The notes beneath the pieces are model-generated. The model saw only the letters and a list, made by a program, of their open reading frames with translations. It ran no database searches and was not told where the DNA came from. From positions 4,688-68,687 of IMG/VR virus record IMGVR_UViG_3300009117_000044: DNA of 64,000 bases; one strand, given 5' to 3'. The DNA comes from a virus. This document shows, in pieces, positions 18,969 to 28,376 of this stretch (within the stretch, counting starts at the first letter, position 1; each line of letters begins with the position of its first letter). Both the position numbers and the translations under genes were made by a program.

Positions 18969-20232
18969 CCAAGTCTTCCTCCTTTCCATCCTCGTTTGTA
19001 TTTGCGAATGCACCTGCCTTTGTAAGAGGGAGCATATTCCCGTTGACAAGGTACATGTCACCGCCGTCCTCTGCAGGAATACGGTCTAGGTTTTCAAGTT
19101 CCCTAATATCATTTGCACTCATCCAACCGTTCTGCCTTGCTGTGGCATATCCGCTCATACGACTGACATAATCCCCTCTCAGTAGGCCTTCTACATTGAA
19201 TCTAAAGAAGTATTTTTTCTTTTCCTCCGGTGTAAAAAGGGTGCGGGCTAGGGTTTGCTCCCAACGCACTACCCACGGGTCTAAGGTGTATTTCACAAAC
19301 TCAAGAGATTGTTGCTCAATATTAGAAAAGCTAGACTTTTCAAGGTCGCCTACCATGTGAGGAGGGACTCTGAAAATCCGAGCAATTTCATTGATTTGAA
19401 ACTTCCTTGTTTCAAGGAATTGTGCTTGTTCTGGTGAAATGGAAATCGGTGTATATTTCATTCCTTCTTCCAGCACGGCTATTTTATTGGAATTGGCACT
19501 GCCACCAAATTGTGACTGCCAAGCCGCTCTGACTTTCCCAGGTTCTTTAATCGTTCCTGGATGTTCAAGCACACCACTTGGAGCAGCACCGTTAGCAAAG
19601 AACTTGGCTCCATATTCCTCTGTTGCAATGGCTAGACCAATCGCATTTTTAGCCATCGCAATCGGGGAGTAGCCAACCAGTCCATCAAACCCGAGTCCGG
19701 GAATATGAAGTACATCGGAGGTACTAAGTTTTACTGTCATACCCTTTGTGCTGTTCACATCATCTGCACCTCTGGTATATAAGTAATAGAGCTGCCCACT
19801 CTCATCTCGATGAACTGACATTCTATTTGGCATCAAGGGGTAGAGCGCGACAACTTCACCTTTACCATTACGAATAATCTGTGCATAACAATTCCCCCAT
19901 AATAAAAGATGAGTCATCATTGTTTCTCGAAACACAAAGGAACTCATCTCAGCATTTGGTTCATCGTGCAAAAGTCGATACAAGGAGTGGTCAATTGCTT
20001 TTTCCTTGCCACCATCATCTGTATAACGATAAAGGTGCAGAGGAAGCCCTGCTACTGCTTCAGCTAATATTCGAACACAAGAGTATACAGCCGTCATTTG
20101 AAGTGCCGACCGTTCGGTCACTGTTTTACCTGCTGTGGTTGATCCCATTAAAAATGTATAGTTGGAACTCACAGCTCTATCAGTAGGCTTATCTCTTGCC
20201 TTAAAAATGGATGATAAAAATCCCAAAATCAA
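18904..20232 (-). CDS. Portal protein (HK97 family)
   Basis: AVYSCVRILAE, HIPGLGFDGLVGYSPI, QFLETRKFQ..EIARIFRVPPH. Confidence 0.95.
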   Translation of the reverse strand: MILGFLSSIFKARDKPTDRAVSSNYTFLMGSTTAGKTVTERSALQMTAVYSCVRILAEAVAGLPLHLYRYTDDGGKEKAIDHSLYRLLHDEPNAEMSSFVFRETMMTHLLLWGNCYAQIIRNGKGEVVALYPLMPNRMSVHRDESGQLYYLYTRGADDVNSTKGMTVKLSTSDVLHIPGLGFDGLVGYSPIAMAKNAIGLAIATEEYGAKFFANGAAPSGVLEHPGTIKEPGKVRAAWQSQFGGSANSNKIAVLEEGMKYTPISISPEQAQFLETRKFQINEIARIFRVPPHMVGDLEKSSFSNIEQQSLEFVKYTLDPWVVRWEQTLARTLFTPEEKKKYFFRFNVEGLLRGDYVSRMSGYATARQNGWMSANDIRELENLDRIPAEDGGDMYLVNGNMLPLTKAGAFANTNEDGKEEDLDEEQDILAMEEPSKRTRRTSS

Positions 20233-20240
20233 TCACCTCC

Positions 20241-21851
20241 TCATATAAAGAGAATGCCTCGGTTGTCATAAACCGAAGCACTCGTATCGTTGCCACAACG
20301 AATCGCTCGATCAAGAGCCATAATCGTTGCCACTGCACCATCAATTTTTTCTGATGATTTTTCCTTGTCTGGCTTGATGTTGCCTGCCGGGTCTGTTCGA
20401 ACAAAAATGTTATCCATCATCCAACGAAGCACTGGATGCCCGCCATGAGCGACCTTTTCTTCTAGCGTTAGTTTCATCAGTTCCTTAGTCGGTGGACTCA
20501 TATCCTTAAATCCTTGACCAAAGGGGACAACAGTAAAACCCATGCCTTCTAGGTTTTGAACCATTTGTACGGCTCCCCAACGGTCAAAGGCAATTTCACG
20601 AATATTGTACTTTTCGCCAAGTTCTTCAATAAACTTCTCAATAAAACCGTAATGAACTACATTGCCTTCCGTTGTTTTAAGCTGTCCTTGCTTTTCCCAG
20701 ACATCATAGGGAACATGGTCACGGTTGACCCTGGCACTTAGAGTTTCTTCTGGCAGCCAAAAGTAGGGAAGAATGATGTATTTATCATCCTCATCTAGGG
20801 GAGGAAACACCAATACAAAGGCAGTAATATCAATGGAGCTAGAAAGGTCTAGTCCGCCATAGCATACCCTTCCAAGTAAATCCTCTTCATTTACAGCAAA
20901 GGCGCATTTATCCCATTTATCCATTGGCATCCAGCGAACCGCTTGTTTGACCCACTGATTAAGCCTTAGCTGTCTAAAGGCATTCTCTTCTGCAGGGTTT
21001 TGCTTGGCTGATTCACAGGCGGCTTTTACCTTATCAATCCCTACCGTTATGCCAAGGCTTGGATTCGCTTTTTTCCACACCTTTGGACTGGTCCAATCAT
21101 CGGACTCATCTGCTCCATAAATAACCGGATAAAAGGTCGGGTCAATCTTTCTTTTCTCCATGAGGTCTTTGGCTTTCTGATGAGTTTCATAGCAGATTGA
21201 TTTTGTGTCAGATCCTGCCGTGGTGATAAGAAAATATAGGGGCTGTGTTCTGGCATCACCAGAACCTTTGGTCATGACATCAAAGAGTTTTCTGTTGGGC
21301 TGCGTATGCAACTCATCAAAAACAACACCATGAATATTAAAGCCATGCTTTGAATAGGCCTCTGCTGACAGCACTTGATAAAAACTATTAGTCGGTTGGA
21401 AAATGATCCGTTTTGTTGCCGATAAGATTTTGACTCGTTTACTCAGTGCCGGACTCATACGCACCATGTCAGCAGCCACTTCAAAAACAATGGATGCCTG
21501 TTGCCTGTCTGCGGCGCAACCATAAACCTCGGCTCTTTCTTCACCATCACCACAAGTAAGCAGTAGTGCGACAGCTGCCGCTAATTCAGATTTCCCCATT
21601 TTCTTAGGAATCTCAATATAGGCCGTATTAAATTGCCGATAGCCATCTGGTTTCAGTGAGCCAAAGAGGTCTCTAATAATTTGTTCTTGCCAATCAATCA
21701 GTTCAAATGGTTTTCCAGACCATTTCCCTTTGGTATGACTTAAACATTCAATAAAGTTGACCGCATAATCTGCAGCATCTTTATCGTAGATAGAGTCTTT
21801 TGCCATAAAAGGTGTCGGTTTATATTTCTTGAGCTTTCTAATTGCGGTCAC
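20241..21851 (-). CDS. terL: Terminase large subunit
   Basis: IPKKMGKSE Walker A, VVFDELH Walker B, GLDLSSSID and KIDGAVA nuclease motifs. Confidence 0.95.
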   Translation of the reverse strand: MTAIRKLKKYKPTPFMAKDSIYDKDAADYAVNFIECLSHTKGKWSGKPFELIDWQEQIIRDLFGSLKPDGYRQFNTAYIEIPKKMGKSELAAAVALLLTCGDGEERAEVYGCAADRQQASIVFEVAADMVRMSPALSKRVKILSATKRIIFQPTNSFYQVLSAEAYSKHGFNIHGVVFDELHTQPNRKLFDVMTKGSGDARTQPLYFLITTAGSDTKSICYETHQKAKDLMEKRKIDPTFYPVIYGADESDDWTSPKVWKKANPSLGITVGIDKVKAACESAKQNPAEENAFRQLRLNQWVKQAVRWMPMDKWDKCAFAVNEEDLLGRVCYGGLDLSSSIDITAFVLVFPPLDEDDKYIILPYFWLPEETLSARVNRDHVPYDVWEKQGQLKTTEGNVVHYGFIEKFIEELGEKYNIREIAFDRWGAVQMVQNLEGMGFTVVPFGQGFKDMSPPTKELMKLTLEEKVAHGGHPVLRWMMDNIFVRTDPAGNIKPDKEKSSEKIDGAVATIMALDRAIRCGNDTSASVYDNRGILFI

Positions 21852-21951
21852 CTCCCTTCAAAATGATCATAAAAAATACAGCCTTAAGCTGTATGACGAG
21901 AGAAAGAGCGTCTGCACGCTCAAACCCCTGTACTATTGAATTATTTATGAT

Positions 21952-22131
21952 TTAATCTTCATCACCGTTTAAAATGAACTTCACATACTTGGCTTTTTCT
22001 TCTTCAAGAAAAATGACCAGCTCATAAAATTCCATCTCATCTGCGATTCTTTGGACTGCGTTCACATCAAACATATTGGTAAGGCCTGTATCTCGAATGG
22101 CAATAATCTGCTCTTTTATCTTATCTGTCAT
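21952..22131 (-). CDS. DUF5049-like small protein
   Basis: MTDKIKEQIIAIRDTGLTNMFDV motif; start at 22131. Confidence 0.75.
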   Translation of the reverse strand: MTDKIKEQIIAIRDTGLTNMFDVNAVQRIADEMEFYELVIFLEEEKAKYVKFILNGDED

Positions 22132-22351
22132 CGTCAATCCTCCTGCAAAGGTCTTCTCCAAAAACAACGGATAAACTAGACCCTGTGTCCCAAGACACCA
22201 TGATTGAGCCGATATCATCAACTCCTATTACTGTTCCTTTTGTTCCAATCACTGGTGCTTGAATATCATCCATCCTTAATAGTTCTACACGGCATCCTAC
22301 AGGATACTTTTCACGAAGATGATGTAGTTTTTCTTTACTGATTATCCTCAT
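22121..22351 (-). CDS. DUF4314-like protein
   Basis: YPVGCRVELLRMDD, GTKGTVIGVDDIGSIMVSWDTGSSL. Confidence 0.8.
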   Translation of the reverse strand: MRIISKEKLHHLREKYPVGCRVELLRMDDIQAPVIGTKGTVIGVDDIGSIMVSWDTGSSLSVVFGEDLCRRIDDDR

Positions 22352-23027
22352 TTTTAGCTCCTCCTTTAAATGCCGATGAACCTGTTAGGTTTCTAAGCAG
22401 TATTTTCCGTTCTTCCTTATATTCTTTTCCGATAAAGCCAAGGCGCAGTAAAAAGCATCGGAATGCATATTTCTCATTCGGAGTTTCCTTTTCTTTTACC
22501 GTGATGCGTTTTTGATTCCTTGCCATCTCACAAAGTGCTGAAATAAAGTGGGTATACGCTTGTACCTCTTCTGGTGAAGGCATCTCTTCAAACCAAGGAA
22601 ATGAGACTTGGTCTTCTGTAATCTCAATCGGTAAATCATCTAGCTGCAAAGCGTGACGAATCAGTTCGCCTTTTACCTGAATGATTGCCTTTACGTTATC
22701 TAGTGCCGTTTCAGTAAAGCTACTTCTTGGCATGGAGATACAAAGACCAAATGTTCCTCTGTCCGCCGTTTGTGCGCCCGCTGTGGCCTTAGTTTTTTCA
22801 TCTGGGGTAAAGCCCTCGCTTGCTAAACACTCGGCCACACTTTCGATTTTTTCGCCTTCTGCCTTGCCAGTCAGTTCAAGTGTTCCATTCTTGTCGATGA
22901 TAAAATCCCCCACCTCATAAGCCATGCTAGGCATTCCTAGATACTTTGCTTTCACACCTGTAATTTTGCTCAGTGTTGTAACTAGCCTTTTTCGGTCTGC
23001 TCCTGTTACGTTATATTTAATGACCAT
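22335..23027 (-). CDS. Conserved phage protein (often labelled virulence-related protein)
   Basis: YLGMPSMAYEVG and NEKYAFRCFLLRLGFIG..YK..RKILL.NL.GSSAFK motifs. Confidence 0.75.
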   Translation of the reverse strand: MVIKYNVTGADRKRLVTTLSKITGVKAKYLGMPSMAYEVGDFIIDKNGTLELTGKAEGEKIESVAECLASEGFTPDEKTKATAGAQTADRGTFGLCISMPRSSFTETALDNVKAIIQVKGELIRHALQLDDLPIEITEDQVSFPWFEEMPSPEEVQAYTHFISALCEMARNQKRITVKEKETPNEKYAFRCFLLRLGFIGKEYKEERKILLRNLTGSSAFKGGAKNEDNQ

Positions 23028-23121
23028 GTACAAAACCTCCTTTGTTTTGGTATGTACATATATCACTCTAAATCACTACTATAGCAAGCTATTTCTCGCT
23101 TTTTAGGTGTAGAAATGAGAC

Positions 23122-24858
23122 TTAAGATTTCACCTCTAATTGTGTAAACCAAACAATGCCCGATAGGACAAAACATACATTGGGCAGGGCTACTCCATTA
23201 CCCCACATCTTATATTCTGCAGAATCTGAATGAGGGTTTCTAAGCCACTTCTTGATTTGCTTCAGTGTCTTAGGTTTGGTGTAAGCTTCCGTTGCTTTAC
23301 GGAATGTTTCAAAAATGTCATACCAAATCCGAAGGTCATCCATCGTTGGGGTCTCTATGCCTAAATCACTGCACCACCAATCTGGAAAACCTTGCAGTCT
23401 TGCACACTCAGTTGGAGTTAGTCTTCTCACCGTATAATCTATCCCCTCATTATCATTGATAAGTGGCGGATCTTTGTAGTCGGTAGCAACTAGTGTATTG
23501 GCCAGTTCCTCTTTGGCATCTGTAAAAAACGATGCCTTACTGGATGAGTAGGTAGGAGTTGCAACAGCACTGGGACCTTGTGCCTTCAGTGTTGAATTAA
23601 TTCCATCTTCAGTAATTCCAAGGTTTCTAGCATAGTTTTGACCGCAGTTAAATGACTCCCTATCAATGGCATAGACCACAGCGTGTTTATCTACAGTATT
23701 TAGAGTAAAGCTAAGCTCCTCATTCACACCATCACCTTGAGGACCATTCTTGTCTGCCCGTCCTATCATAGAACCTTGTAAACCATAAGATTCCACCACT
23801 GCAATACCACCTTGATTGCTGTCCGGTGCATTACCTGACGTATCAATCGTTCTTGCCGTGTCACTCTCGTAAACATTGGAACGAGCATTTACAGTTCCTT
23901 CCGAGGTAAATCGCACATCATAAGTCTTAGAATTCTCTACAACAAATGGCTGATTGTTGCCGCCTGTTCCATAAGTAGCAGAAATAGTTGGTGCAACATC
24001 AATCGGCCCACTAAAACGAGTATCCTTTCCGTGATTATCAAAAACAGCCGAGTCCATAACACAAGGTGGATGATTTGACTTAGCACGTAGGGTACAAGTG
24101 ATATCCTTTGTCACATCCATACGATTACCGCCCTGGTCATTTAAGCAGATTGTGCCTGCCTCTCCAGTGCTGTCTGCAATATAGCTGGTAGCACCTTGCC
24201 ACGAGCGGATGCTCTCCTTAGAATACCCAGACAAGCCTTCTGACTTAAATAGTATTTCTCCGGCACCCCCACCTGCAAAATCTGCGACAAGGAAGATTCG
24301 TTTTCTTCGTTGGGGAACTCCCCAGTATTGAGCATCCAGCACTCGCCAGGCAAGGGAGAAATAATCTCCCACGATACTTCCTGCTTGTTTCCATTTATCA
24401 GTTTTAGGAATTGATATGGTTTCATCTTCGATGTGGCAGATGCCTTCAAGGACACATCTGAAATCTTCTCCTTTGTTTGAGGAGAATGCTCCAAGCACAT
24501 TTTCCCAGACGATATATCTTGGTTTTTTGCCATCTGTTGCACACCTCATTTCTTTTACGATTCGGATGGCTTCATAAAAAAGACTTGAACGTTTCCCATC
24601 CAAGCCATCACGCTTACCTGCTATGGATAAATCTTGGCAAGGGGAGCCAAAGGTAATGATATCTACTGGCTCTATCTTGCTGCCATCCATGCAAGAAATA
24701 TCTCCATAATGTTTGATAAAAGGCAGCCTTTTGGTTGTCACCCTAATAGGAAACGGTTCAATTTCCGATGCCCATACTGGGGTAATACCGGAAATTAAAC
24801 CGCCTAAAGGAAAACCGCCCGAGCCGTCAAAAAGACTGCCTAGGGTCAGTTTATTCAT
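23122..24858 (-). CDS. C5-cytosine DNA methyltransferase with long multi-module variable region
   Basis: LGSLFDGSGG (I), TFGSPCQD (IV), WENV (VI), QRRKRIF (VIII), RRLTPTECARLQGFP (IX), KMWGNGV (X). Confidence 0.92.
   Translation of the reverse strand: MNKLTLGSLFDGSGGFPLGGLISGITPVWASEIEPFPIRVTTKRLPFIKHYGDISCMDGSKIEPVDIITFGSPCQDLSIAGKRDGLDGKRSSLFYEAIRIVKEMRCATDGKKPRYIVWENVLGAFSSNKGEDFRCVLEGICHIEDETISIPKTDKWKQAGSIVGDYFSLAWRVLDAQYWGVPQRRKRIFLVADFAGGGAGEILFKSEGLSGYSKESIRSWQGATSYIADSTGEAGTICLNDQGGNRMDVTKDITCTLRAKSNHPPCVMDSAVFDNHGKDTRFSGPIDVAPTISATYGTGGNNQPFVVENSKTYDVRFTSEGTVNARSNVYESDTARTIDTSGNAPDSNQGGIAVVESYGLQGSMIGRADKNGPQGDGVNEELSFTLNTVDKHAVVYAIDRESFNCGQNYARNLGITEDGINSTLKAQGPSAVATPTYSSSKASFFTDAKEELANTLVATDYKDPPLINDNEGIDYTVRRLTPTECARLQGFPDWWCSDLGIETPTMDDLRIWYDIFETFRKATEAYTKPKTLKQIKKWLRNPHSDSAEYKMWGNGVALPNVCFVLSGIVWFTQLEVKS
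24141..24542 (-). CDS. Nested alternative-frame ORF resembling M.EcoHK31I polypeptide beta
   Basis: GECWMLNTGEFPNEENESSLSQIL..PEKYYLSQKACLGILRRA..RG..LP; resemblance recalled from knowledge, not searched. Confidence 0.6.
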   Translation of the reverse strand: MQQMAKNQDISSGKMCLEHSPQTKEKISDVSLKASATSKMKPYQFLKLINGNKQEVSWEIISPLPGECWMLNTGEFPNEENESSLSQILQVGVPEKYYLSQKACLGILRRASARGKVLPAILQTALERQAQSA

Positions 24859-26086
24859 TGGCTACCTCCAATTCATCATATTTATAAGTGAGTCCGTCCC
24901 TTTGAACACTTACTTCTTTTGAAGTGCCGACTTGCTCAATATAGCGTTTTACAATAACATCACAGAACTTCTCATCTAGTTCCACTGTGTAGCAAATACG
25001 CTCTGACTGCTCACAAGCAATTAATGTACTTCCACTTCCACCAAAGGGATCGAGTACAATTGTATTACTCATAGAGGAATTCAAAATAGGATAGGCAAGA
25101 AGAGGAATTGGCTTCATCGTAGGATGATCACCATTTCTCTTTGGCTTATCAAACTCCCATATGGTAGTTTCTTTTCTTCCCGTATACCATTGATGTCTTC
25201 CTTTCTTCTTCCAGCCATAAAGCACTGGTTCGTGTTGCCATTGATATGGTGAACGCCCAAGTACAAGGGAGTCCTTTTTCCATATACAGCACCCGGATAA
25301 ATAAAAACCGGCATCCGAGAAGGCTTTTCTAAAATTAAACCCTTCGGTGTCGGCATGAAATACATAGATGGAGGCATCGTCTGCTAATGCTTCTTCAATA
25401 TTAATAAAGGCATCTAAGAGGAATTGATAAAAGGCATCATTTGCCATATTATCGTTTTTGATTTTCCCTGCAGAGCCTTCATAATTTACGTTGTAGGGAG
25501 GGTCTGTCACACACAAATTTGCCTTGTTTTTATTCATCAGCACATCATAGGTTTCTTTTTTTGTGGAGTCACCACATACGAGTCGATGCCTACCTAATGT
25601 CCATATGTCACCAATTTTACTGATTGCTGGCTTTTTTAATTCTTCATCCACATCAAAGTCATCATCGTGAATTCCATCCTTAATGGTATCTTTAAATAAG
25701 TCATCCAGTTCTTTAGGATCAAATCCAGTAAGCGAGACATCAAAATCTGCACCTTGTAAATCAGCAATCAAAAGGGCAAGCTTATCCTTATCCCAATCAC
25801 CGCTAATTTTATTTAAAGCGATATTGAGGGCTTTTTCCTTTTCCTCATCCATCTCAACGATGACGCATTCAACTTCTGATATACCCATATCAATGAGTAC
25901 TTTAAGTCTTTGATGGCCACCTACTACATTGCCTGTCACCTTATTCCAGATAACCGGCTCCACATATCCAAACTGCTCAATCGAGCGTTTCAGCTTTTCA
26001 TACTCTGCATCACCTGGCTTTAAATCTTTACGAGGATTGTATTTAGCAGGAAGCAGGTCTTTTGTATTCTTTTTTTCAATCAACAT
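24851..26086 (-). CDS. ParB-like domain plus N6A/N4C DNA methyltransferase
   Basis: YNPRKDL, VVGGHQRL (ParB-like); TDPPYN, HPTMKP, VLDPFGGSGST. Confidence 0.9.
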   Translation of the reverse strand: MLIEKKNTKDLLPAKYNPRKDLKPGDAEYEKLKRSIEQFGYVEPVIWNKVTGNVVGGHQRLKVLIDMGISEVECVIVEMDEEKEKALNIALNKISGDWDKDKLALLIADLQGADFDVSLTGFDPKELDDLFKDTIKDGIHDDDFDVDEELKKPAISKIGDIWTLGRHRLVCGDSTKKETYDVLMNKNKANLCVTDPPYNVNYEGSAGKIKNDNMANDAFYQFLLDAFINIEEALADDASIYVFHADTEGFNFRKAFSDAGFYLSGCCIWKKDSLVLGRSPYQWQHEPVLYGWKKKGRHQWYTGRKETTIWEFDKPKRNGDHPTMKPIPLLAYPILNSSMSNTIVLDPFGGSGSTLIACEQSERICYTVELDEKFCDVIVKRYIEQVGTSKEVSVQRDGLTYKYDELEVANE

Positions 26087-27239
26087 ACCTTTTTACCGCC
26101 TCCCTTAGCTCTTTATAGCAATCTAAAAACTCCCAAGAATGCAATCCATATCTGAAATGACCGTAGGTAGCAGTATCCGCATAAATGACATCGGTCAGCC
26201 TTAACTTTTCGATAATGGCTGCAGGTCTTAGATTGAATACATCTAACACAGCACGGCAAAGGATACTTTCCTCAATCGACCCTGTTCCAAAGGTATCAAT
26301 CTCAAGAGCAACAGGATCTGCTTTTCCAATTGCATAGGAAATCGCTACCTGACATCGCTTAGCAAAGCCACATCGAACGATATTCTTTGCAATCGCCCTT
26401 GCCATATAGGCACCACTGCGGTCAACTTTTGTCGGGTCTTTTCCTGAAAATGCACCGCCCCCGTGGGATGCAATGCCGCCGTATGTGTCCACCATTATTT
26501 TTCTGCCTGTTAATCCTGTATCAGCGGCAGGTCCACCTTCCACAAAGCGCCCGCTTGGATTAATGAGTATCTCCGTTTCATCATCAAATGGATATTTTTC
26601 AAAGACAGGCCAAAGCACCTGAGAGATGATTCCATTCCTTAAATCATTTAAGTCTTTATCAGCACCGTGCTGAACGGAAACAACAATGGTCTTGATCCGC
26701 TTTGGCTTATCATCTTTATACTCTACTGTAACTTGAGCCTTACCATCTGGGCCAATGTCTTTGATTACGCCATTCTTCATCACCTTATCCAGCTTTTCGC
26801 AAATGGCATGAGATAAGACTAAGGGGAGAGGTAGTTTCTCACTAGTTTCATTGGTGGCATAGCCATAAACGGTGCCTTGGTCACCCGCTCCTAACATGGA
26901 ATACCATGACGTATCACCCTCACGAGATTCCAAGGCTTGATCCACACCACCTGCGATATCTTTACTTTGCTGATGGACATAGACAAAGACTAAAAACTTT
27001 CTAGGATTGTAGCCCACATCCGTAAGAACACGGCGGACAACACCTCTAATGTCAATTCTCTTTGAGCAGGTAATCTCACCGGCAACAATGATGTGTCCTT
27101 TGGTTGCCATCACCTCACAAGCGACACGAGAGGATTTATCTTTTCTTAAACACGCATCTAAAATGCTATCTGAAATAAGGTCACATAATTTATCGGGATG
27201 ACCTTTGCATACACTTTCACACGTTCTATATTTATTCAT
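26076..27239 (-). CDS. metK: S-adenosylmethionine synthetase
   Basis: ESVCKGHPDK, GAGDQG, GPDGKAQV, NPSGRFVEGGP.ADTGLTGRK, GGGAFSGKDPTKVDRS. Confidence 0.95.
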   Translation of the reverse strand: MNKYRTCESVCKGHPDKLCDLISDSILDACLRKDKSSRVACEVMATKGHIIVAGEITCSKRIDIRGVVRRVLTDVGYNPRKFLVFVYVHQQSKDIAGGVDQALESREGDTSWYSMLGAGDQGTVYGYATNETSEKLPLPLVLSHAICEKLDKVMKNGVIKDIGPDGKAQVTVEYKDDKPKRIKTIVVSVQHGADKDLNDLRNGIISQVLWPVFEKYPFDDETEILINPSGRFVEGGPAADTGLTGRKIMVDTYGGIASHGGGAFSGKDPTKVDRSGAYMARAIAKNIVRCGFAKRCQVAISYAIGKADPVALEIDTFGTGSIEESILCRAVLDVFNLRPAAIIEKLRLTDVIYADTATYGHFRYGLHSWEFLDCYKELREAVKRYVD

Positions 27240-27240
27240 T

Positions 27241-27780
27241 TTATTTTCCTTTCCGAGCAGATAATAACCGCTCCATCAAATCATCTTGTGGACTTCTGCC
27301 TCCAAACTCCACAGAGCAGTTTTCCTTTACAATTTGGTAAATCTGATACCAACACTGGTTGACCTGTTTCATGTATTCACGGCTCATCGCAACATAAGGT
27401 GATGCGATGGCAGCTGAAGTGGTTGGATGCTTTGCAAGAAATCCATATTCTGAAATACACTCTTCGCACTGAATCCAACGAGAAACACTCATGGCATACT
27501 GCTCGATTAGCTGGTTGTTTACTAACATTTCGCAGCTACGATCTTTCAGCCACTTGTAAGTTTCGATATAAATATCTTCTGCACAGAGGTCTTTACCGTT
27601 TTTCTGAGCCGCCTTTAAATAATCTTTTACTGGAGGAACATCCGTGCCTTCCATTTCTGCTGGCTCCGGCAGTACTTGAACCCCGTTTAATCTGCCATCA
27701 GCAATTTTGTCGGTTAGAGCCTTTGATTTTCTTCCAGCACCAACACGCTGACCGCCTCTTGCTGTACCGTCTTTCGCCAT
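27241..27780 (-). CDS. terS: Terminase small subunit (P27 family-like)
   Basis: RGGQRVGAGRK, YAMSVSRWIQCE, ASPYV motifs; follows HNH. Confidence 0.85.
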   Translation of the reverse strand: MAKDGTARGGQRVGAGRKSKALTDKIADGRLNGVQVLPEPAEMEGTDVPPVKDYLKAAQKNGKDLCAEDIYIETYKWLKDRSCEMLVNNQLIEQYAMSVSRWIQCEECISEYGFLAKHPTTSAAIASPYVAMSREYMKQVNQCWYQIYQIVKENCSVEFGGRSPQDDLMERLLSARKGK

Positions 27781-27810
27781 GTTTTCACCCCACTTTTCTA
27801 AAAGTCTTTA

Positions 27811-27895
27811 ATACCCCCTTTGATTTCTGATTTTTACACGCGAAGCCCCAGGCCGTTGTCCGCCATAAAAGGTCTAGAGATTTGACCTCCCCCTT
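27811..27895 (-). other. Candidate cos region
   Basis: GC-rich core ACAACGGCCTGGGGCTTCGCG flanked by GGGGG tracts between HNH and terS, the usual cos position in HNH-terminase phages. Confidence 0.45.
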
Positions 27896-27898
27896 GGC

Positions 27899-28261
27899 TC
27901 AGTTGCGAATTTGTCGATCACCGAGTTCTAAATGAATCTTGTTGTGACAGGATTTACATAAGGACATCAGATTACTTCTATCGTGTGTACCACCTTGAGA
28001 AACAGGGAGGATGTGATGCACTTCATCAGTGGGAGTCAGTCTGCCGTCCGCTTTACACATCTCACACAGTGGATGTTCCTGTGCATACCGGTCTCGGATT
28101 CTTTTCCAGGCTCTGCCATACTTTTTATTAACATCACTTGACCGTTGGTACTTGTCATAGCGCCTACGCTCTTCTACTCGATGGTCTTCACAGTACTGGC
28201 CATCGGTTAAGTTGGGACAGCCTGGTGTACTGCATGGTCGTTTTGGTTTTCTTGGCATCAT
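27899..28261 (-). CDS. Packaging-associated HNH endonuclease
   Basis: CEMC, EVHHILP..QGG, NLMSLCKSCHNKIH intact HNH. Confidence 0.9.
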   Translation of the reverse strand: MMPRKPKRPCSTPGCPNLTDGQYCEDHRVEERRRYDKYQRSSDVNKKYGRAWKRIRDRYAQEHPLCEMCKADGRLTPTDEVHHILPVSQGGTHDRSNLMSLCKSCHNKIHLELGDRQIRN

Positions 28262-28283
28262 ATCACCTCGCTTTCTGGGCATA

Positions 28284-28320
28284 GAAAAAGCCCTGCAGGG
28301 CGCATCCCACAAGGCTTGGT
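28284..28320 (-). terminator. Terminator-like hairpin upstream of HNH/late operon
   Basis: AAGCC..GGCTT stem followed by TTTTCT on minus strand. Confidence 0.45.
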
Positions 28321-28376
28321 AAGTATTCTATCTTGCTGATTATAATGTAACATGAAGATGAGGTGCTTATCTCTGC

